From the human T2T-CHM13v2.0 reference genome, Homo sapiens, in NCBI RefSeq assembly GCF_009914755.1, contig NC_060934.1: a stretch of 64,000 nt of DNA; one strand, 5' to 3'. Below are positions 55,302 to 64,000 of the stretch, piece by piece. The notes beneath the pieces were generated by a model, which had not been told where the DNA came from, searched no databases, and saw only the letters and a program-made list of their open reading frames with translations. Each line of letters begins with the position of its first letter. Position 1 is the first letter of the stretch. Position numbers and translations under genes: made by a program.

Positions 55302-55315
55302 AGGAAGGGAAGGAA
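55149..55315. repeat. Complex (GAAA)n STR derived from the Alu tail
   Basis: About 160 bp of pure purine, including a long uninterrupted gaaa run at about 55224-55302. Confidence 0.97.
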
Positions 55316-56062
55316 ATACTGGAACCCTGAGAAAATGAGGGATGGTGGGAAGGAGAGGGAGGAAGAGAGAGAGAGAGTGAGAGAGAGATAACTGATTAGA
55401 AAGGACAGCCTAACAGGAGCTGTGACTTCTGACAAGAGTAGCAGGCAGCCTACCCTTAGTATGTCCATTGGAAGGAAAATAACTGCCCATCTCTGATGCT
55501 TCTTTCTCTTCCTATCATCTCTAGGACTTTCCATTGGCCAAACTCACTGGCAGCCAGAGGACAAAGACACCACTGATGCAACTGGTGGAGTTCAGCTTCC
55601 CTGCACACAAAGCATGGTGCAGAAGACAGAATAGATTTAAAAGAGCACAGGAGACATCCAGTCATGACTTAAAGACATTACATAAAATACTACTGTGTTT
55701 AGCAACTCAAATATTACTGATGACTTTGTTGAGAACATATTTCAGTGGAGTCATGGGGTGCTGGAAAAGCCGGAGGGCCAGTTAGCTGAATATTGAATGG
55801 TCAGTGACAGCGTGGAGGCAGTGAACAGAGACTGTTTTCAAGAACTGTGGTTAGTCAGGGAAGGAAAGAGAAAGCAATGAGGGCAATGGAGAAAATATTT
55901 ATCAACACAGAGAAGAAAAAAGAAGTGGTTGAAATATAGACAATGGAATGAAATTCTTGGGAAGCTGAAGGAGCCAAGATCAAGATGCCTATTCCAGTGA
56001 AGCAGGAAGAAAGGAAGGAAAGAAGGGAAAGAGCAAAGGGTTCATTGTATAAGAAAATAACC

Positions 56063-56418
56063 TGTGGCATGGCAACAGTGATGCCATCTTGGAGGGAAAC
56101 CATCTCCATGATGACCAATGTTTGACTCCTGCAAACCAGTGTGTTCTCCAGCAAGGTCTTTAAACATCACCCACAGCCTAGATAAGCCGTCATAAAGAAA
56201 CAATGCCTGTAGCATGGAAAACCCCTCTCAAAGATGCTTATCTAACCTCCCCAGTGGTCATGAGTTTCATAGGAAATCCTGAGACATGGCCAGCTGCACC
56301 TCTTTTACCCTAAAAGCTTGCTTCTAGAGGTTGGATGTGGCGATCCACCTTCTCATGGCTGCCCAAGACATCACTTCTGTTTTTGAGTTCCTATTTAACA
56401 TGTCTTCCCTAGAAACTG
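56063..56418 (+). mobile_element. ERVL-class LTR (LTR47-like), 3'-truncated
   Basis: tgtggcatggcaacagtgatgccatcttg..gatgcttatctaacctccccagtggtca..ttttaccctaaaagcttgc; stops at agaaactg with no CA end. Confidence 0.7.
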
Positions 56419-57835
56419 CAACCTCTGCTTCCCGAGTTCCATCATGTTTATTTTAATCTAGGTTCATCAGCTGATTCACACTGTAGATGAAGACTGAGTG
56501 AAGAACGGCACCACGAAGATCAAGGTGGGGAGGAGGAGAAGGTCCCAGTGTGATCCTCCCAGGGCACTGCAGTCTGGGGAAGGCATCGGGTTCACACCAC
56601 TTAGAGATCCTTCACTGAGTCCACAAAGAATTTCACAGTGGCTGAGAGTAGTGGTCACCGCTGGAGTGAGGGAGCCAACTGCTCAGGAGAGGAACTCAGA
56701 CAAGGGGAGACAGGCAGCCCGGGGGCATAGATGCACTGAGGTGTGTTGGGGAGGCACTAACTCTGCTGCAATACCTTCCAGATGATGGAATTTCAGCCAG
56801 AGGCTGTGCACTATGGCAGCTCCCCGTAACATGCCCTCAGGGGAGGCAACGCTGCACCATCAGATCCCTAAGAGTGGATGCTGTAGAGACCCAGGCAAGA
56901 CAAGAAGACCTCCTGGCCCACTGCCTGGGCTTGCATGTGTAGTGTGTGGACTCTGGGCAGCAGAACTGTACTTGGAAGCAGGGTCTGAACATTCTTGGAA
57001 GCTGCTTAACCACTTCAATCTGGATTTTCATCCCTAAAAAAAAGAAAGAAAGACAAAGACTTTTGCATGACACCAAGGATAGGATTTGACCATCTCTCAA
57101 CTCTGAACTTGCAAAGAAGAATTTACGCTCAAGTATCTGGGACATCACCACTTAGCTGAAAGTTTCTTTCTCTTTTGAAGGATTAGTGGAGGAAGTCATC
57201 AAAACATTTGTGTAGTTAGAAGCAGCCTAAAATAAAGGAGGAGGATTAAGGTTTAATTGCCATATTTTTTGTTTTGCAAAATGTGTACCCAATTAAATGC
57301 AGTTGGGCAGTTCTGGGAAGAAATTAATAAACAGAGGGTGGGGGAGATGTGGCTGCAGAGAGAAGAGACTGTTCCCAAGCTGAAATTTTGTTTGCCAAGT
57401 TTCAACAAAGAGCAAAGCTTAACTCTGAAGGAGAAACCCTTGAGAGACAGGGCTTAGAATAGTAAAGCAAAAAGAAGCCCCAAATGGGGTGGGTTGAGGA
57501 GACATTTTTCTAATGCAGTTTATCCTCAGCAGGTGCTGGCAACATCTGTAATGAGACTATCCATGATAAAAAGCTCTCCATACCTTAATCCACACTATAT
57601 TACATTCATAAACACATTCCCTTCTATTCTCCTCCCCCTGAGGTGCAGGAATAAATAATGTGCTATTAAACTCACATCTCTGCTTTCTGCCTAACATTAA
57701 AAGTAAAATGAAAAAAATAGCTTCCACCATTAGAGTATTCCCAGGGGGATGAAAATGGGAAATACCAAGAAACATTTGGGGTGAGCCAATAGAGGAAGCT
57801 CTCATATCACCATCAGCACCATCAATTAAGAAACC

Positions 57836-57999
57836 CCGGGCCTGTTGGTGGGTGCCTGTAGTCCCAGCTACTCAGGAGGCTGAGGCAGGAGAATGGCGTG
57901 ACCCCGGGAGGCGGAGCTTGCAGTGAGCCGAGATTGTGCCGCTGCGCTCCAGCCTGGGCATCAGAGCAAGACTCTGTCTCAAAACACAAACAAAAAAAA
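57836..57999 (+). mobile_element. AluY right arm only (5'-truncated)
   Basis: AluY diagnostics gagaatggcgtg and gcggagcttgcagtgagccgagat. Approximate TSD aagaaaccc/aaggaaccc. Confidence 0.9.
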
Positions 58000-58601
58000 G
58001 GAACCCGAAGACTATACATTGAGTAGGTCCTTTGAAAGATACAAATAAATGAGGAATCTTAATTTAATTCAAATGTTATCAAAATAATGAGTGCCCAAGT
58101 TTTAAAAATGGAATCAATTCTTTTTATGTATTCATTTATTTATTCATTTGTCCTACAACAATATGTACTAAGCATTTACTACGTGCAAAACACAACGGTA
58201 CAGAAATTCAAAATATAGAAAAACCGTAGGAAGTACTGTATGGCACTTGGCTTTATAGTCTGTGGCAAAGGTGGCTAGTAGTTTGATATGGTCCTGTCTT
58301 CCCACCTTAATTTGGCTACCTTTAATAGGAGCCTACTGTGCAATCCCACTAGGCCAGTACACAGTGTAACTGAAGGTAGAGCTTTCTATCCTGGTACACA
58401 ATCGATGTTCATAAAAAATAATCCAAGATGATTAAATTGCATGATGTTTTTCCTTCTGGTCTGTAGGAGACATACATGACCTTGCATACATATACCTCAC
58501 CTCCAATTCATTCATTCATGTATTCATCAAATGTATAGCCCTCATCTATTAAGCACCAGAAAATGCTTGGTGCTGGAGATAAAAAGATGACTCCAATTGT
58601 C

Positions 58602-58934
58602 TTTTCTTTTTTTGTTGTTGTTTTTTGTTTGTTTGTTTGTTTTTTGTTTTTTAGATGGAGTTTCACTCTTGTCCCCCAGGCTGGATTACAATGGCGTCAT
58701 CTCAGCTGACTTCAACCTCCACCTACAGGGTTCAAGCGATTCTCCCCCCTCAGCCTCCTGAGTAGCTGGGATTACAGGTGCCCACCACCGTGACCAGCTA
58801 ACTTTTGTATTTTTAGTAGAGATGGGGTTTCACCACTTTAGCGAGGCTGGTCTCAAATTCCTGACCTCAGGTGATCCACCAGCCTCCGCCTCCCAAAGTG
58901 CTGAGATTATGGGCATGAGCCACCGCGCCTGGCC
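58602..58934 (-). mobile_element. AluS element within L2 fragments
   Basis: tttg-repeat tail and reverse Alu ending ccaccgcgcctggcc. The L2 3' end attcattcattc lies at about 58505. Confidence 0.94.
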
Positions 58935-60144
58935 CCAGTCATCTTTTCTTTAAAGGGACTTATGATCTAGTGGGATGCCAAGATAAGAGATGCATCTCTG
59001 TACAAACTGTCACAGTTGCTGGGACAGTCTGGGCAGAGTGAGACCCAGGAAAAAAAGACCATAGCAAGGCTTGATGATAGCTTTGTCAAGTTCATGACTT
59101 TTGCACCATATTTGAATGACAAGTCAGCATGTGAGGTGAGAAAGGAGGAAGATATTTAGGTGAAGGGAGTCATGAACCATGGCTAGAAATGTGAAGAAGC
59201 ACCCAGGAGTGTTTGGGGAATGGTAAGTGCCTGTTCAGCCAAGGAGATGGGTCCAGAGTTGGTGGAGGCCTGGAAAAACATGGGACAGGAAGATCTTCCG
59301 TGGTGAAGGATTCCTTTCCCCACAGTGGTGATGTTGTGTGCATCATGGAAGAAAGACCCACGAGATGAGTGTGGCAGTAGGAGGCAATTCTTGTTCACTC
59401 AAAGCTCCTCTCTGCTACAATAGCTAGGGCTTTCTTTACTTATGACATAATCCAAGCTTACCTTTCTTGGAGGCTTTAAAAAAAATAGTCTAGATTCAGA
59501 GAAGTAAGGAGGACCTGAGAGATAATTCTAAGATTGATAGTTAAAGTGATTCTACAGTTTATTGATTGAATGCATTGGAACATTTCAAGAAATTGCAAAA
59601 ATAAGAAATAAAAAAACAGTTTCTAACTGATCAACTGAACAATTTTATTCTGCAAAATAGAATTTATTGTAATTTACCGAGTCAACTTGGATTTTTCAAA
59701 AAGTTAGGGGTTGATTGCTGTGTAACACATCATGTAGAAAACATTTTTGAATGCTGAAGTAGTGGATTCTAATAAATGTATACAGAAGAATAAACAAAAC
59801 AATATCAATCTCATATATCTCCATGAAAGAGACTTAGATATTTGGTGTATATACATATTGACCAGGCTACTTTTTATACTCACTGGTTCTCTTTTAAAAC
59901 TAATAATGCTACTCAAACCAACAAAACAAGCAAGCTTTAGAATATAATCTCTGTTTACAGAAAAAAAATATATTCAACATGAATTAAGCAAGGCTTGTTT
60001 ATGATACACAGAAAGAACAGGCGAGGCCCCTATCCCCAGCCCACAAACACACATTTAATGATACATCTACACGCTAGCATCACTTTGGATGTTTTCACAT
60101 TCAAATTTGCTGGAAACATTTAGTCTGGGTATGTACAGTAAGTA

Positions 60145-60486
60145 CAGTGGTCCCCCCTTATTCGAGGTTTTGCTTTCTGTAGTTTCAGTTACTTATAGTC
60201 AACTACCATTCAAAAATTGGTGAGTCCAGTAGAGTAAGATAATTAGAGAGAGGGAGGGGGGGGCCACATTCATTAACTGTTATTACAGTATATTGTTATA
60301 ATTGTTTTATTTTATTACTAGTTATTATTACTAATCTCTTACTGCACCTAATTTATAAATTAAACTTTGCCACAGGTATGCATGCTTAGAAAAAAGCACA
60401 GTCTATGTAGGTTTGGTACTCTCTGTGGTTTCAGGCCTCCAGTGGGGGTCTTGGAATTATCCCCTGCGGATAAGGGGGGACCACTG
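60145..60486. mobile_element. MER44A-like TcMar-Tigger MITE, complete
   Basis: TIRs cagtggtccccccttat / ataaggggggaccactg, TA TSD on both sides, 342 bp. Confidence 0.92.
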
Positions 60487-61094
60487 TATGCATGCCACAG
60501 TAGTGCCAACAAGAATAACTCAGATTTGATCTGCCATTTTGTTCCATTATGGCTTTCCACGTGAGTCTCTGCTGAAGGAAAGTCAGGAGTGTTTCAGACC
60601 AAAATCTGTTTGTACGTTTTGTGGGACATGCACTCTTTTGCATTTACATTTTTTTTTGAAATGTCCCTTATGCCTTTTTCAAATATGCATCTCCTATGTC
60701 ACCAGCCAGACTGCAAGCTGCAAGCATAGCATCTGGAGCTACGACTATCCATGGCTATCATCAACTAGCCAGCTGACATGTTGTCAGGTCTAAGCCTAAA
60801 TCTTTATGCTTAGTGAATTGAGGACAAAGGATAACCTAATGTTGTTTCTGTTAAACCGAAATTGCTGTTTATGGCAGACTTTTTCCAAAGTACTAAACAA
60901 CTCCATCTAGCAGATCAATTTGCTTAGGCGACCTGAGGGAACATTTTGTAGTTAATTCATTTGAACAGACCTGCTGGTAGGCAGTGCTGATCAAAATCAG
61001 ATGTACAATAGGATAAATGCTCTAGTTCTTCATCAGAAAGACGGAAGACTGGAGATCTCTGCCAAAAAACTCCCCAAGCTCCAGTCACGTTTGC

Positions 61095-61285
61095 TTAGTT
61101 TTAGCAACATCTCTGGGATCATTTGTATTAGATTTACTTGGAAATTGGTTGAAAAAGTATGCAAATTCCCGAGCACAAACCTGGACTCCCTCAATAGAAT
61201 CTCTATGGGTGGAGTCTCAGAATCTAGATTTATAGAAAGTTTTCCAGAAAATTTATTTGCACACTAAAGTTTGAGGATGATTGTT
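61095..61285. mobile_element. MER5-like hAT-Charlie element
   Basis: aaaagtatgcaaattccc..agaatctctatggg..gcacactaaagtttgagga. Confidence 0.65.
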
Positions 61286-61735
61286 GTATGGAATCCAGAG
61301 AATGTCACTCTAGACATAAGGACAGACTGATTTTCTAGGGGGAAAAATGGCATCTCTGCTCTGGAAACTACTGTAGCTCATTTTACTGGAAGTGGGTGTT
61401 CCCACGTTAGAGCACAGACAAACCCGCCAATCACTCTGCTTAATCAGATGTCTTATACCATGTCAGCAGTGGTCCCTGGTGAAGAATTAAGTTCTCCCAA
61501 ATATTTTAGCATCTAAGCTTTTATATCAAAAAGCGGAACATTTCACTTCTCTAACCACATTGAAAATACATTGCATTATTGATCTCATTCCACCCAAATG
61601 AACCATCCTCAACTTTTCAATAATCACAAACGACTCACTAAAATGAGGGTGGTGCATTGACCAAGGTGCTATGGTCTGAGTGTTTGTGTCCCCCAGCCCA
61701 TTTCATATGTTGAAACCTAACACCCCATGGGATAG

Positions 61736-62693
61736 TGATACAGAATGGCTGGGCTGCCGGCTAAACCCCACCCTTAAGCCTGGAACTGCAGCCCTAGATG
61801 AAAACAGCTGACCCCGTTTTTCTGCCCAAATGTTGCTTTTTTGACCTGCCCTGCCCCTATCCTATGCCCATAAAAAGACTTCAGCTGGCAGAGCAATACA
61901 AGCAGTTGAACACTGGGGATACAAGCAGCTGAGTGGCAAGCAGAGAAGCAACTGACCATTGGAGACTACAGAAAGATGTGATTAACTTCAGATGGGGCAG
62001 TTTCAGGGAAAAATCACCTTCTTCCTGCACCATCCCCTTTCCAACTCCCCATTCCACTGAGAGCCGTTTCCACTTCCATTGCCCAATAAAATCCTCCATG
62101 TACACTACCCTTCAATTTGTTCATGTGACCTGATTCTTCCTGGACACAGGACAAGAACCTGGGTGGCTCACACCTGTAATCCCAGCACTTTGGGACGCTG
62201 AGGCAGGTGAATCACCTGAGGTCAGGAGTTCAAGACCAGCCTGGCCAACATGGTGAAACCCCATCTCTACAAAAAAATGCAAAAAATTAGCCAGGCATGG
62301 TTGTGCATGCCTGTAATCCCAGCTACTCAGGAGGCTGAGGCAGGAGAATTGCTTGAACCGGGAGGCAGAGGTTGCTGTGAGCCAAGATCATGCCATTGCA
62401 CTCCAGCCTGGACAACAAGAGCAAAAAGAAATAAAAAATAAAACAAAAATACAAAACAAAACCTGAGTGCTGAGAGGGCAGGAGCTTGGACATTGCTGTG
62501 GGGCCTGCACAGAGCGTGCTCCAGCCAGAGAGGAGTGACCAGCTGGTTCCAACGTTCATTTGCTCCAGTTCCTGCACTTGCTTGCTCACGCACTCCCTCT
62601 CTCAAGGAGTGGCCAGCAGTGGGCTGAGTGAAATGAGCCACTCCAGTTCCCACCCATGAAAGGGGTCAAGGTCATGGGAATAATCCAGTCTCA
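61736..62693 (+). mobile_element. LTR27-like solo LTR (ERV1) split by an Alu
   Basis: tgatacagaatggctgggctgccggctaaaccccacccttaagcctgg ... aatccagtctca. Perfect TSD atag. Confidence 0.85.
62161..62460 (+). mobile_element. AluS element
   Basis: gtggctcacacctgtaatcccagcac... with an A-rich tail. Approximate TSD aacctgggtg/aacctgagtg. Confidence 0.94.
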
Positions 62694-63515
62694 ATAGTAT
62701 TAAAAGGCGGGCTCTGTCTGGAGGTGATTGAATCATGAGGGTGGAACCCTCCTGGATGTGATTGGAGTCCTTATAATAGAGACCCAAGGGAGTTTGTCCC
62801 TTCCACCACTTGAGGACACAGGCAGAAGACATCATCTATAAGGAACATACCCTCACCCAACACTAAATCTGCTGGTGTTCTGATCTTGTACTTCTCAGCC
62901 TCCAAAACTTCAGGAAATAAATATCTGTTGTTTATACATCACCCAGTTGATGTATTTTGTTATAGCAGCCCAAATGGACTAAGACACAAGGTGACAGAGG
63001 GGTTGTGTGATCTAATTAATTAAGGCTTGGAGAGTGACTGGAGAAGGGTTTGGTATTAGCATTCAGTATTATTTATTTGTAATGCAATTTGAGAACTTTC
63101 TCCATAATGAGGAAAAATTACACACAGCCATTTAATTCCTCAGGGTACTTGAGAATAAAAAGCTGGCTTCAGGAGAGCAGAGAATTACTGCAGCCTTTAC
63201 TATAATAACCACCAGCATGGAAATGAAATAAGAATCTGCTAGCTCCAGGTGGAAAGTTATCTGAGGAACCTAAATGGGCCTGTTGCTGATATACTCATGG
63301 TTGGCACAAGCAGAAAACCAGACATTCAAGCCCCTCCACTGAACCCCTCGCAGTCAGCAGCACTAAAGCCCAGAAGCACAAAATGAGTGAAGATATTGGT
63401 GGCGATAAATTTTTTTTTTGAGTTAATGGACTTCATGAATACATGTATTTTTTAAGTTCGAGCTATTATCTAATTTCAAATCACCCCTTGCTAACATACT
63501 AATTTATTAACTTAC

Positions 63516-63591
63516 AGAAATGATGATCCTACGTGATACTGGCCTCCCGACAACAGAACTGGGTTTTGGCAGGGTTTTATTTTCAGCAACA
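63516..63591 (-). ncRNA. Candidate 76-nt internal exon of a minus-strand spliced transcript
   Basis: Acceptor tttctcatgctttttctccccag| and donor TCT|gtaagt in unique sequence. Based on splice signals only. Confidence 0.4.
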
Positions 63592-64000
63592 CTGGGGAGA
63601 AAAAGCATGAGAAACTTTTGAAGAATAATAAAAAATGGATTAAAGGGAATAGAAATAATTTATCATGTGCAGATGTGCAGAAAGAAAAGATGGTGGCTTT
63701 GCAGCTTGGTTTTCTAAAAACCAAATTGTAGTGAAGGTATCTTGCCCAATCACCAATTTGTGAAAACAGGGACCTAGATGTCTCATGAGCTATCAGGTGT
63801 ACTAGCTTTCATAAAAATCACATGATCAAATGAATAGTCAGGAAATTCCCCTTCTTCTGACTAACCAAACCCAGACCTTGCAACCTTAATGAGAAGAGAA
63901 GGCCAGGAAAATCTGGCAGGTTGTTTGTTGAAAGCCAAACGCTGTGTGCATGTCAGCGGCTCTCTAAGGAGGTTCAAGGCTGCCGAATGACTTGAAAGTC

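Larger units (their letters stand above)
54638..55650 (-). mobile_element. Old ERVL LTR (LTR41/LTR52-like) split by an Alu
   Basis: ggtcccagcaggaaagagatggca..tttagtaaagggactatttacaaagg, continuing after the Alu with ccattggccaaactcactggcagccagagg. Confidence 0.6.
61667..62986 (+). mobile_element. MSTD/MLT1A-like MaLR LTR split by an LTR27-like LTR
   Basis: tgctatggtctgagtgtttgtgtcccc ... ttgttatagcagcccaaatggactaagaca. Perfect TSD caagg. Confidence 0.9.

Noticed and set aside
55043-55534. 163-aa - strand ORF rich in FLSF
   Set aside because: It is the translation of the (GAAA)n STR and antisense Alu.
63519-63600. ATGATGA box C suggesting a C/D snoRNA on the + strand
   Set aside because: No CTGA box D or terminal stem at a suitable distance.

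Overview
Primate, human-like non-coding DNA (intergenic or intronic), dominated by interspersed repeats. It contains about 20 Alu/FAM elements, several old L1M segments, L2/MIR fragments and DNA-transposon relics (Tigger3a, Tigger4, MER30 x2, MER44A, MADE2, MER5, MER58-like). LTR elements are unusually dense: a decayed minus-strand ERVL provirus with 5' LTR, tRNA-Leu primer-binding site and pol remnants; a full-length HERV-W LTR17; LTR10C; MER41A; LTR8A with a nested MER4 LTR; an LTR27-like LTR; and several THE1/MST/MLT1 LTRs. I see no credible protein-coding exon: the ORF track is explained by Alu, microsatellite, L1 and ERV sequence or by chance. I found no new biological system. The best leads are (i) candidate spliced non-coding exons on both strands, one apparently exonising the antisense LTR17, (ii) a TG...CA element with a target-site duplication (TSD) that I cannot assign to a family, (iii) several nested insertions and rearrangement junctions, and (iv) repeat-free islands with enhancer-like motif clusters. 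Family names come from recalled consensus sequences, not a search. Boundaries of old elements are approximate.
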